Shown one piece after another: positions 18,671 through 27,853 of a stretch of DNA of 64,000 bases. The DNA is from an uncultured Desulfurococcaceae archaeon (GTDB taxonomy: Archaea; Thermoproteota; Thermoprotei_A; Sulfolobales; NBVN01): positions 10,422 to 74,421 of the forward strand of contig CAZVLA010000036.1 in the NCBI GenBank assembly GCA_964627805.1, given 5' to 3'. The notes beneath the pieces are model-generated. The model did not search any database, was not told where the DNA came from, and saw nothing but the letters and a program-made list of their open reading frames with translations. A program made the position numbers and the translations under genes. Within the stretch, counting starts at the first letter, position 1; each line of letters begins with the position of its first letter.

Positions 18671-19765
18671 TTAAAACCTAGTTACTTGCTCTAACCCATC
18701 CCTACCTAGGATGAAGGTATCCTCAATCTTAACCTGCCCGAGGCCCTCTATGAGTATTGGTGAGTGTATCATAGCTACTGCCATACCCTCCCTTAACTTA
18801 ATGAATCTATGGCTAGGTACTATAGTAGTTATTGGTGGTTCCTCAACCTGAAGACCTACGCTGTGTAGGTAACCAAGTACCCTATTATCTAGGAACCCGT
18901 ACTTACGGTAGACCTTATCGAGCTCCATCATCACCTCAGAAGGCTTAACACCTGGCTTAGTCAGTTCCTTAGCTACTTCGTAGACCTCCTCAGCACACTT
19001 AAGTGCTTTACGACCTAACTCACTACTACCTACTATGAATGTCCTTGAGATGTTAGCGTAGTAGTTTAGGTAGTCAATACCTAAGACAACCGTAACTGCC
19101 GTGCCCTCACGTACCTTAACACTACTTAATGGCTCAGCATGCACCCTAGGGTGGGGTCCCGCATTAACGTGTACCTTAGGCTCCTCAGAACCTAACTTAA
19201 GTGCTTGGTAGTAGGCTTCAGCAGCTACTTCAGTCTCACTAACTCCTGGCTTAATAGTACTAGCTACTACCTCCATGACCTTAGAAGCTAACTCACCAGC
19301 CCTCCTAATAGCACTTAACTCATACTCATCCTTAACCATCCTCAACTCAGTAACTAACCCGGAAATATCAACGACGTCAACACCGGGGTTCAGCCTCTTA
19401 AACATCTCGTAAAACAGTATGTAGGCATCCCTCTCAATACCGTACTCAAGACCAACAACCCTAAAACCACGCCCCCTAACAGTACTTGATACCTTACCCA
19501 TCAACTCACCACCATCCCTAAAAGTAACGACCTCACCAACCCATAGGTACTCACTAAAACCAACCTCCTCACCCTTAGGAACGAAGAATACGGGATCACC
19601 ATCAGCAGGAACCAACATAGCAGGCCTCAACCACTTAAACCCAACTAAGTAAGTGAACGTAGACTTAACACGAACCATAGCAGCATCAACACCCCTAGAC
19701 CTAAGACCCTCCTGAAAAGCCCTCAACCTCCTACGAAGAACCTCAACCGGGAACCTACGAACCAC
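18671..19765 (-). CDS. M24 family Xaa-Pro peptidase
   Basis: 364 aa. Creatinase-like N-domain plus pita-bread C-domain with HSVGLQVEEPP and EDTFIL metal-ligand blocks. Confidence 0.85.
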   Translation of the reverse strand: MVRRFPVEVLRRRLRAFQEGLRSRGVDAAMVRVKSTFTYLVGFKWLRPAMLVPADGDPVFFVPKGEEVGFSEYLWVGEVVTFRDGGELMGKVSSTVRGRGFRVVGLEYGIERDAYILFYEMFKRLNPGVDVVDISGLVTELRMVKDEYELSAIRRAGELASKVMEVVASTIKPGVSETEVAAEAYYQALKLGSEEPKVHVNAGPHPRVHAEPLSSVKVREGTAVTVVLGIDYLNYYANISRTFIVGSSELGRKALKCAEEVYEVAKELTKPGVKPSEVMMELDKVYRKYGFLDNRVLGYLHSVGLQVEEPPITTIVPSHRFIKLREGMAVAMIHSPILIEGLGQVKIEDTFILGRDGLEQVTRF

Positions 19766-19926
19766 ACTACCACCTACACATCAAGAACCAAGCAGGAAGG
19801 AATATATTAGACATTACGTAAGACCACAACACACTTAAACTTAACAACCCAACATATTAACCCACTACGTTAATGAGTTACTCAGTAAGACCTATCACGG
19901 TATAGTACGTAATTAGTACTTGGTGG

Positions 19927-20400
19927 TTGGTATTAGTCGAGACTATTAATTATAGGAAGTTAAGGCTTCACCTAGATGTACTTCATAACATCGTGAAGCA
20001 CAAGTACTTAAGTAGCTCAATGCTTGAAGTAGTACGTTACTGGTATGAATCACGTGGAGATATTGAGGATACTGAAGTCCTAGCATTAGTAGCTGCACTC
20101 TATGATTTCCAGATGAGGGTAGTTACTATTAAGAATAACTTCATGACTATACTGAAGTACTTAGACTCTAAAGGACTTAGGTTCATTGACTTATCTAATG
20201 AGGAGGTGGCTAGGGAGGTATTTAAGTTAGTTAAGGACAGAAGTAAGTTCTTCCACAGATTTGACCCAGTCATGAGAGTACTGCCCATACTCACGAAGTC
20301 AGTAGCTAATGCGGGGCTAAGGGAGGTAGCTAGGAGGTACTCATGGGATATTGAATTGCTTACTAGGAAGCTATTGGAGCGTGTGGGTCTCAGTACTTAA
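19927..20400 (+). CDS. N-terminal part of a DUF2400-type (HhH-GPD-like) protein, split or frameshifted
   Basis: 157-aa ORF ending in frame 1. Carries DTEVLALVAALYDF and FFHRFDP blocks that I recall from the N-half of DUF2400 proteins. The continuation lies in frame +1 (open from 20330). Confidence 0.5.
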   Translation: MVLVETINYRKLRLHLDVLHNIVKHKYLSSSMLEVVRYWYESRGDIEDTEVLALVAALYDFQMRVVTIKNNFMTILKYLDSKGLRFIDLSNEEVAREVFKLVKDRSKFFHRFDPVMRVLPILTKSVANAGLREVARRYSWDIELLTRKLLERVGLST

Positions 20401-21325
20401 TAACTTAGGTATTAAGCGTAGGTACTCATTAATTCAGTTCCTTAAAGGTATTAAATGCTCATGTAGGGAGGACCTACTAAGTAATGTTAAGTGCATACTA
20501 CCACTACCTAATCATTCAGTAACCTATAAGAGAGTGAATCTATTCCTTAGGTGGTTAGTTAGGGATGAGTACCCTGACTTAGGCTTATGGGGCTTCATAA
20601 GTAAGAGTAAGTTGATTATCCCATTAGATACGGGAATACTGAGAGTTGTTGGTAGGATGTTGGGTAGGGGTGAGTTAAGGAGGGGTAGGGAGTCACTTAA
20701 TGTAGTTATGAGGTTCTTAAGGTCAGTAAATCCTGAAGATCCCGTTAAGTATGACTTCATACTTTCTAGACCATCAATACTGGGTTGGTGTAAGGCTAGT
20801 ATTGAGGAATCGAATTGTGATATATGCTACTTAAGGAATCTATGCTTAACTGGTAGGTCGTGGAGGTATAGGGAACCTAGGAAAGTTAGTGAGTCTAGGG
20901 AGCACCTAACGGTTAAGGAGGTAATGCTTAGGATCATGATGAGGTTATTCAAGAAGCATAAATGCTGGACTGAGAAAGTAATTAATCATCACTTAAGACC
21001 CGATGTTTACTGTGAGAATTCAGATGTAGTGGTTGGTGAGGCTAAGGTTGTTAAGGGTAGGATACCTAATAGGTTATCTGATGTAGAAGGTCCTCAGCAA
21101 GTCATTAGGTACTTCAATACACTCGTTAATGAGCAAGGAGCTAATGTTAGGGCGGTAGTTCTTGCTTACTACTATAAGGGTAGGAAGTTACCTGAGGTTA
21201 TTCTTGAAGCTATTAAGGAGAACATAGAGTACGCTAAGTTAAGTGTGATGAAGGGTAGGGACGTTAAGGTAATCCTAATACATGTAGGTGAGGAGGGTAG
21301 GGTAGTTAGTGTTATGGGTATTTAG
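20351..21325 (+). CDS. DUF2400-type C-terminal part with 4-Cys Fe-S loop, fused to a RecB/Cas4-like PD-(D/E)xK nuclease
   Basis: KRVNLFLRWLVRDEYPDLGLW, IIPLDTG and DPVKYDF blocks. Cys-x8-Cys-x2-Cys-x5-Cys at nt 20789-20845. Then RPDVY (Asp at 21002-21004), GEAK (21038-21046) and QVIRY (21097-21111), i.e. D...ExK...QxxxY. Confidence 0.6.
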   Translation: MNCLLGSYWSVWVSVLNNLGIKRRYSLIQFLKGIKCSCREDLLSNVKCILPLPNHSVTYKRVNLFLRWLVRDEYPDLGLWGFISKSKLIIPLDTGILRVVGRMLGRGELRRGRESLNVVMRFLRSVNPEDPVKYDFILSRPSILGWCKASIEESNCDICYLRNLCLTGRSWRYREPRKVSESREHLTVKEVMLRIMMRLFKKHKCWTEKVINHHLRPDVYCENSDVVVGEAKVVKGRIPNRLSDVEGPQQVIRYFNTLVNEQGANVRAVVLAYYYKGRKLPEVILEAIKENIEYAKLSVMKGRDVKVILIHVGEEGRVVSVMGI

Positions 21326-21327
21326 GA

Positions 21328-22713
21328 TTAACTAATTACCTTCACTAACGGTTCTGGTGTTGTGTATGGTCTTATCCTTATGGTGTCTACTACGTATGGG
21401 TACCCACCGAATACGTATACTCTAGTGAATGTTGTGTATGTAGTGTCTACGGTCCTTACCTCAGCTACTTTAGTTCCGTTACTTAGGTAGACCTCAGCTA
21501 TTAGGGTTCCGTTACTTAACCTTATGAATCTGTCGAAGTACCATATACCCTGCCCTAGACCAGGTACTGAGTCTATTGAGGCTATTATGGTTCCGTAGGA
21601 GTTCGTCCTCTTATCTATGAATACGTAGGGACCTACACCACCTAGTGTTGCTGATGGTATTGCGTAGACACCAACACCTATTCCGTAACCATTCATTGAG
21701 TCATCAACAACCCCTACCCTATCCCACCAGCATGGTGTCTTACTTAACCTCATTACCCAAGCCTCTAGAGCGAATGAACCCGTAAGTACCTTACCTAACT
21801 CCCTATAGCCTCCGTTAGGGTCGCAGTACACGTCCTTCTCTAGGCTGTAGGTACCGTCGTGACTTAATGAGTTGATTCTGTAGACGATACCTAATGACCA
21901 ATTAACCCACTCAAACCTACCCTCGAAACTATCGAAGAATATGAATGTCCTGTATGGATTCATGTAGCTACCGTACGGGTTCCTACCTAAGGTTCTTGAG
22001 TACCCGTAGAACATGTATATAGTTACGTTTGAGTTAGCTGGTATGTAGGGGACCTTAACCCATATAGTACCTACTCTAGACCCGTAGTCGAACCTCTCAA
22101 TCCAGAAGTAGAGTGGGTTACCTCTTGAGTCAGCGAAGAATATGTCTGAACCATTAGGTAGTACGTACCCCCACCCACTCCATGAGGGTGTTAAGGTTAC
22201 GTTAACTACGTAATTACGTAGTGACTCACCACTACGTTCAGTAATCACTACCTTAGACCACTTCATAACCATCAATGTAGGTAAGTCAGCTAACCTCAAA
22301 CCAGTAACTACTGAGGACTCAACACCCCTACCACATACCTTAATGGAGAATACCTCATAATCACTTAAGTTAGTAGGTACCGCTATCAAAGCCTCCGAAT
22401 CAGCCCTCACTACGTAAGGACCTATACCCACCTTAACTACTGAACCACCAGTACTAATGAGTGCCTCATCAATAACCGCAGGTACTGAACCTACGTTCCT
22501 AACCCTAAGCACCAGTAACTTAAGTACGGGGTCACCCCTATACACGTCCTCAATAACTACTACGTTCTTAAGTACCGCCTCCTCACCCTTAATAATACCT
22601 GAGTAATTCACCGTAACGACTAGGATAACTAATGAAGTAGCTACCACGACCGCCAGTAAAGTAGCTACTGCTACGTAACTACTCACACCACGCATTACGT
22701 ACTCCCGCATCAC
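21328..22713 (-). CDS. DUF2341 + ConA/LamG-like domain protein with type IV pilin-like (class III) signal peptide
   Basis: N-terminus MRG-VSSYVAVATLLAVVVATSLVILV fits the archaeal prepilin pattern. SDIFFADSRGNPLYFWIERFDYGSRVGTIWVKVPYIPANSNVTIYMFYGY matches the DUF2341 core as I recall it. Confidence 0.75.
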   Translation of the reverse strand: MMREYVMRGVSSYVAVATLLAVVVATSLVILVVTVNYSGIIKGEEAVLKNVVVIEDVYRGDPVLKLLVLRVRNVGSVPAVIDEALISTGGSVVKVGIGPYVVRADSEALIAVPTNLSDYEVFSIKVCGRGVESSVVTGLRLADLPTLMVMKWSKVVITERSGESLRNYVVNVTLTPSWSGWGYVLPNGSDIFFADSRGNPLYFWIERFDYGSRVGTIWVKVPYIPANSNVTIYMFYGYSRTLGRNPYGSYMNPYRTFIFFDSFEGRFEWVNWSLGIVYRINSLSHDGTYSLEKDVYCDPNGGYRELGKVLTGSFALEAWVMRLSKTPCWWDRVGVVDDSMNGYGIGVGVYAIPSATLGGVGPYVFIDKRTNSYGTIIASIDSVPGLGQGIWYFDRFIRLSNGTLIAEVYLSNGTKVAEVRTVDTTYTTFTRVYVFGGYPYVVDTIRIRPYTTPEPLVKVIS

Positions 22714-22798
22714 TAATGAATTAATTACGGATAACCTATTAAGAGTATCACATAATAGTTACTTAAGGACTGAAGCCCTGAGTGAATTATTCAATGTA

Positions 22799-23116
22799 TT
22801 AAGTACCACTACCTAAAGCCTTCTCAGCAGCTACTAATAACTTATTTAGGTATGAGGTAGTCTCCTCAACACCCTTCTCAGTAACCTTAACTACGGTCCT
22901 AGGCCTATCCTCTAAGTACCTAAGTATCTTAATGTAGCCAGCCTCCTCAAGCCTCCTTAAGTGACTCCATAAATTACCTGGTGTTAGGTTTAGGGCTGCC
23001 TGTATCTCCGTGAAGTAAGCCTTACCCCTCGAGAGTAGGTAGAGCATAATACCTAACCTAGTAGGTACGGACAGTACTTGATTCCTCATTATCTCCCTTA
23101 TTACCTCCTCGTACAA
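22799..23116 (-). CDS. ArsR-type winged-helix transcriptional regulator
   Basis: 105 aa. PTRLGIMLYLLSRGKAYFTEIQAALNLTPGNLWSHLRRLEEAGYI is the HTH plus wing. Confidence 0.75.
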   Translation of the reverse strand: MYEEVIREIMRNQVLSVPTRLGIMLYLLSRGKAYFTEIQAALNLTPGNLWSHLRRLEEAGYIKILRYLEDRPRTVVKVTEKGVEETTSYLNKLLVAAEKALGSGT

Positions 23117-23145
23117 GGAGGTGCACCGTCTAACCTAATACTCCC

Positions 23146-23829
23146 CTAATCTCTAACTAGGGTCCTGAATGACATTAATATGTACGCAACACCCATTAAA
23201 TTATACACAAGTACTATAGCACCGGACGCGAAGTCCCAGTAATTCCTACTTAGGAAGTAGTCAGTAGCTCCGGAGGTCAGTAGTAGTATTGAGCCCGTAA
23301 GTACTACGTAGTCGCTAGTGCCTAGGTAGAACTTAAGTATTAGGAACATAGTTAAGTTACCTAGTCCTAAAGCGAAGAGTAGTGCTGAGGACGCTAGTAA
23401 CTCACCACTTAAGCTTAAGTGCATTGCGTACGTTATTAGGGGTATTAACGTGAAGGAGGCCGAGAATGAAGCTCCCCAACCAATAGTTATTAACGTCATA
23501 GCCCTCTTGTAGTACTTCTTAGTCGCTTCAACATCCCTACCTAACCTACTAGCGAGTTTGAAGATACTGGGTTCTATGTACTTGAATAGGTAGAAGTAGA
23601 AGATAGCTATGGCGCTTACCCAGTAAATGAAGTTCACGGTATTAGGTACTGACTCGGCCTTAACTAAGCCCGTGTAGAGTGCGTGGAGTACTGTGTAGCC
23701 ACATACTATGGTGCTCCACACAATGTATATTATGGCTCCCCTCAACGTATCAACACTTACTAACCTCCTCCTAACGTCCTTAAGGACCTTAACGAACTCA
23801 GCTAGCGTGTCCTTACCCTCACTACTCAA
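23146..23829 (-). CDS. Hypothetical polytopic membrane protein
   Basis: 227 aa with about six hydrophobic segments. Co-directional and adjacent to the ArsR-type regulator. Confidence 0.5.
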   Translation of the reverse strand: MSSEGKDTLAEFVKVLKDVRRRLVSVDTLRGAIIYIVWSTIVCGYTVLHALYTGLVKAESVPNTVNFIYWVSAIAIFYFYLFKYIEPSIFKLASRLGRDVEATKKYYKRAMTLITIGWGASFSASFTLIPLITYAMHLSLSGELLASSALLFALGLGNLTMFLILKFYLGTSDYVVLTGSILLLTSGATDYFLSRNYWDFASGAIVLVYNLMGVAYILMSFRTLVRD

Positions 23830-23947
23830 GACCTAAGCACCTAGTAAGTGGTTACTACATATAATTTAATACTAGGTACTACTCTGCCCTACAGAGTTAT
23901 ACCTCCCTTTAATACCCTTAAATACCCTACCTAGGAAGGGTGAGGTA

Positions 23948-24886
23948 TTGCCCCTACTAAGTGTTGAGGGCTTAAGGAAGGTATACAGCGGTGGTGTTGA
24001 GGCACTTAAGGGTGTGTCATTCAGTATTGAGGAGCCATCACTAACGGCACTCCTAGGACCTAACGGTGCTGGTAAGACGACCCTACTCAATATAATAGTA
24101 GGTGTTACACCACCAACCTCAGGTAGGGTGAGTGTCTTAGGTAGGGATCCTTGGAGGGATCGGAGGGCTAGGGCATTAATTGGTTTCGTACCTCAGGAGG
24201 AGGGGATACTCAGGATGAGGACTGTTGAGGAGAACTTACTGACTATGGCTGCACTGTATGACGTACCTATTAGTGAGGCTAGGAGGAGGGCTAGGGAGGT
24301 TATGGAGTACTTAGGACTTACTGAGTATAGGCGTAGATTAGCTGCTAAGTTATCGGGTGGTCTTAAGCGTAGGTTAGCAGTAGCTATGGCGTTAATGCAT
24401 GACCCTAAAGTACTCATACTAGACGAACCGACTACAGGGCTTGACCCGGGTGCTAGGGTCTCATTCATTAAGTTACTTAAGGGATTCGTTAGGGATGGTA
24501 AGGTAGTACTCCTGTCCACACACATAGGTGAGGATGCTGAGGCGTGTGACGACGTCATAGTAATGCATAGGGGTGAGGTAGTAGCTAGGGGAGCACCTGA
24601 TGAGTTGAGGAGGAGGGTATTAGGTCTTAAGACTGTGGTTGAGTTAATAACTAGTAAGCCTGGGGTAGTTGCTGAGGTACTTAAGGGTGAGTTAGTTAGG
24701 GTAGGTACTTCAGAAGTAGTTAGGGTTCTCCTAGAGGATGCTGAGAGGGAGTTACCTAACCTAATGAGTAGGGTTGTGGGGTTGGGCGTACCTATTGATG
24801 AGGTTAGGATTAGGAAGCCCTCAATGAGTGACGTATTCATGGCCTTAACAGGTCAGTTACTTGAGGAGGAGGTCGTGGGTGGTTAG
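23948..24886 (+). CDS. ABC transporter ATP-binding protein (ABC-2/DrrA-type)
   Basis: Walker A GPNGAGKTT, signature LSGGLKRRL, Walker B LILDEPTTGLD. TTG start. Confidence 0.9.
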   Translation: MPLLSVEGLRKVYSGGVEALKGVSFSIEEPSLTALLGPNGAGKTTLLNIIVGVTPPTSGRVSVLGRDPWRDRRARALIGFVPQEEGILRMRTVEENLLTMAALYDVPISEARRRAREVMEYLGLTEYRRRLAAKLSGGLKRRLAVAMALMHDPKVLILDEPTTGLDPGARVSFIKLLKGFVRDGKVVLLSTHIGEDAEACDDVIVMHRGEVVARGAPDELRRRVLGLKTVVELITSKPGVVAEVLKGELVRVGTSEVVRVLLEDAERELPNLMSRVVGLGVPIDEVRIRKPSMSDVFMALTGQLLEEEVVGG

Positions 24887-24888
24887 GT

Positions 24889-26256
24889 ATGGTTAGGGTA
24901 CGTACGATTATTAAGTACGGTGTTAAGGAGTTCTTCAGGCGTAAGGACGTACTGTTCTGGACTCTAGCATGGCCTATACTCTGGCTCGTACTAGTTGCTT
25001 ACGTATTCATACCATCACCAACGACCTCAGTAACTGTTAAGTTACTAGTCATTAATGGTGATGCAGGCCCCTCAGAACTAACTTACACACCACCATACGC
25101 TAACTTAAGCCTTAACTTCTCTGAGGACTTCATGAAGGTACTTAAGAGCGTTAATGGGTCTGAAGGCATTATCTATAAGGTTAAGGTGGTTAGGGAGGTA
25201 TGCAGTAGTAGTGAGTGCTTGAGTAAGGTGAGGGAGTTACTGATTAGGAGGGGCTACGACGCAGCGATAGTTATACCTAGGAACGCTACGGCCTCATACA
25301 TACTGTGGTACCCGATTAGGTTGAGGGTATTCATTAAGGGGGCATCACCTATGGAGGTATCGCTTAGGTACGGGTACTTAATGAATCTACTATCTAAATT
25401 AATGGTTAATGCATCCATGGTAAGGATTAACGAAGCAACTAACTTCGTTAGTAAGTACATGAGTATGTACGGTAGTAAGTACTTCAGTAACCAAACACCC
25501 AGTAACTTCAGCATCAGTAACTACAGTAAGTACATTAAGTACTTCTTCTACGGCATAGCATTCCCGCTATACCCCAACGTAAGTAAGGTAGTACCTAAGA
25601 CCGTGAGTAGTAGGGCAGGTAATATTGGGTGGACAGCCGTAGGTGCTGTAGGTATGTCGGTAATGACTGGGTTACTAGTATCAGCTGCTGGGTTCTTCGC
25701 CTACAGGAAGGAGGAGGGGGTGCTTAGGAGGTTACTAGCATCACCCGTGAGTCTAGCATCGTTAATAACTACGGACATACTCGAGAACCTAGTAATTACT
25801 GCTATAGTATCAGCTATAATCATGACTGTAGGGTTAGCTATCGGTGGTAAGTTCGTAATCAACCCAACTAACCCACTCCACTACCTAGGGCTGGGGATGA
25901 TCTTCGTAGCCGCACTCTTCGCCTACGCATTAGGCCTACTACTAGCGCCAGTGACTAAGTCGGGTAAGGCAGCTAGTGGTGCGGTAGCTATAGGTCTCCT
26001 ACTAGTATTCATTACCGGTATTTGGTGGCCACCTAGGGAGCTCCTACCGCCGTTCCTAAGGACCTTCGCTCAGTACTTCCCACCCGCATGTGCCTTCGAG
26101 GTTACTAGGGACTTGATCGTGTGGGGTAAGCCCTTAAGTGACGTTACTCACGACTTACTAGTTGCTCTAGTAGGTACTGCCTTAATCTACGTAGTAGTTG
26201 CCCTGATCTACAGGGGTAGGGTTGAGAAGTTCGCTGAGAGGGTCTTAAGTGCTTAG
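24889..26256 (+). CDS. ABC-2 type transporter permease with large extracytoplasmic loop
   Basis: Starts 3 nt after the ATPase stop. One N-terminal TM, a loop of about 200 aa, then a C-terminal cluster of TM helices, as in ABC-2 permeases. Confidence 0.75.
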   Translation: MVRVRTIIKYGVKEFFRRKDVLFWTLAWPILWLVLVAYVFIPSPTTSVTVKLLVINGDAGPSELTYTPPYANLSLNFSEDFMKVLKSVNGSEGIIYKVKVVREVCSSSECLSKVRELLIRRGYDAAIVIPRNATASYILWYPIRLRVFIKGASPMEVSLRYGYLMNLLSKLMVNASMVRINEATNFVSKYMSMYGSKYFSNQTPSNFSISNYSKYIKYFFYGIAFPLYPNVSKVVPKTVSSRAGNIGWTAVGAVGMSVMTGLLVSAAGFFAYRKEEGVLRRLLASPVSLASLITTDILENLVITAIVSAIIMTVGLAIGGKFVINPTNPLHYLGLGMIFVAALFAYALGLLLAPVTKSGKAASGAVAIGLLLVFITGIWWPPRELLPPFLRTFAQYFPPACAFEVTRDLIVWGKPLSDVTHDLLVALVGTALIYVVVALIYRGRVEKFAERVLSA

Positions 26257-26350
26257 TAATTCCTTTTTAATTGGTTAAGTATTTAACAACGACGCATTAA
26301 GAACAACTTATATAACCTAAGCAGTACCACCACCTACGGGGTCGTCTTAG

Positions 26351-27334
26351 TTGAGGGTAGCTAGGAACGTACTTGAGTTAATAGGTAATACACCCGTAGT
26401 TAAGCTTAGTAAGGTCATACCACCGGACGTTAAGGCTGAGGTGTGGGGTAAGTGCGAGTTCATGAACCCCACGGGTAGTGTTAAGGATAGGATGGCTTAC
26501 TACATGATTAGGGAGGCTGAGAAGGCTGGTAAGCTCAAGCCGGGAATGACCTTAGTAATAGCTACTACGGGTAATACGGGGATATCATTCGCTGCCCTAG
26601 GTTCGTACTTAGGTTATAAGGTAATGATAGTCATTCCTGAGGAGATGAGTGAGGAGAGGTTCCTACTAATGAAGCTATTCGGAGCTGAGATCGTGACAAC
26701 ACCCGGTGGTGAGTCCGATGCTGGTAAGGCTCTCCAGTACTCGTTCGAGTTAGCTAGGAAGGAACCTGATAAGTACTTAGCACTTGATCAGTGGAGTGAT
26801 GAGGCTAATGTTAAGGCTCACTACGAGACCACGGGTAAGGAGATACTCGAGCAGTTAGGTAGGGTTGATGCTTTCGTAGCTCACATAGGTACTGGAGGTA
26901 CCTTAATAGGTGTTGCTAAGCGCCTTAAGGAGGAGAACCCAGACGTACTCGTAGTAGCTGCTGAACCAGCTGAGTGCCCAGTAGCTTACGGGTGGTTTAA
27001 GGAGGGTAAGGAAGGTCCTTGGGGTAGGCACGAAATCGAGGGTGTTGGTGACGGCTTCGTACCCAACATAGTTAGGAGGTATAAGCACTTAATAGATGAC
27101 TTCGTAACCGTATCAAGTGACGAAGCTATTGAGATGGCTAAGAGACTAGCTAGGGAGGAAGCACTAGCTGTAGGCATATCATCAGGAGCTAACGTAGTAG
27201 CAGCTATTAAGGTAGCTAGGAAATACGCGGACAGACTAGGTAAGGGAGCTAAGATCGTAACCATACTACCGGACTACGCAGCAAGGTACTTCAGCACAAG
27301 ACTATTCAGAGAAAAGAGACTCAAAGGAAAATAA
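26351..27334 (+). CDS. PLP-dependent cysteine synthase / cystathionine beta-synthase family
   Basis: PLP-lysine motif NPTGSVKDR, TTGNTG loop, GTGGT phosphate-binding loop; 327 aa. Confidence 0.85.
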   Translation: MRVARNVLELIGNTPVVKLSKVIPPDVKAEVWGKCEFMNPTGSVKDRMAYYMIREAEKAGKLKPGMTLVIATTGNTGISFAALGSYLGYKVMIVIPEEMSEERFLLMKLFGAEIVTTPGGESDAGKALQYSFELARKEPDKYLALDQWSDEANVKAHYETTGKEILEQLGRVDAFVAHIGTGGTLIGVAKRLKEENPDVLVVAAEPAECPVAYGWFKEGKEGPWGRHEIEGVGDGFVPNIVRRYKHLIDDFVTVSSDEAIEMAKRLAREEALAVGISSGANVVAAIKVARKYADRLGKGAKIVTILPDYAARYFSTRLFREKRLKGK

Positions 27335-27812
27335 CGCAAAATAATCTAAAGCAAGGAAAACCAACCCAGGAATCACGTCAATAAACCACTATCCACAACT
27401 TTTTAACACGTATCAATTCAACAGAAAGATCACCTCTTAGGCATAGTGTTAGCTCTAACCTCCCCAATCACGCTTAGACTCTCTCCTTAAGTACTTCCCT
27501 CGTCCTTTCTCTATCTTAGCTTAGAATCTAGAGTAAAACCAGAGGAACCGCTAGGCTCCTACACCTCCCTCTTTCCTCATCTCTAAGTCTAGAATGGGGA
27601 TTGAAGGAAGCTCCGAGTAGTTACATATCTGCTTAAGCATTTAATTTAAGGGTATGGCTTTGACTTGCGGGGGCCTAACCAGTATTTGGGGGTAGTGGGT
27701 CTTTAGGAGCTAGGGTTAGGTAGGGGTGGTTACTTGGGTTTAGGTGCTTCCTCAGTACTTAATTGTTTCTTGAGTTCTCTTACTGGGTTTGACGGGTTGG
27801 GTTAAACTCAGT

Positions 27813-27823
27813 ACATATTTATT
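27813..27823 (+). promoter_or_regulatory. TATA-box-like element upstream of the giant-protein operon
   Basis: CATATTTATTG about 30-40 nt upstream of the TTG/GTG start at 27854/27857. The spacing is compatible with a leaderless or very short-leader crenarchaeal transcript. Confidence 0.35.
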
Positions 27824-27853
27824 GATTACTCCCCTCACTTACGGTAATGGGTA

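Noticed and set aside
23872-24090. 72-aa minus-strand ORF overlapping the promoter and start of the ABC ATPase gene.
   Set aside because: It is antisense shadow of the ATPase 5' end with no motif and atypical composition.
24193-24840. 215-aa antisense ORF inside the ABC ATPase gene.
   Set aside because: The plus-strand ORF has Walker A, signature and Walker B motifs. The antisense product is featureless S/T/L/N-rich sequence.
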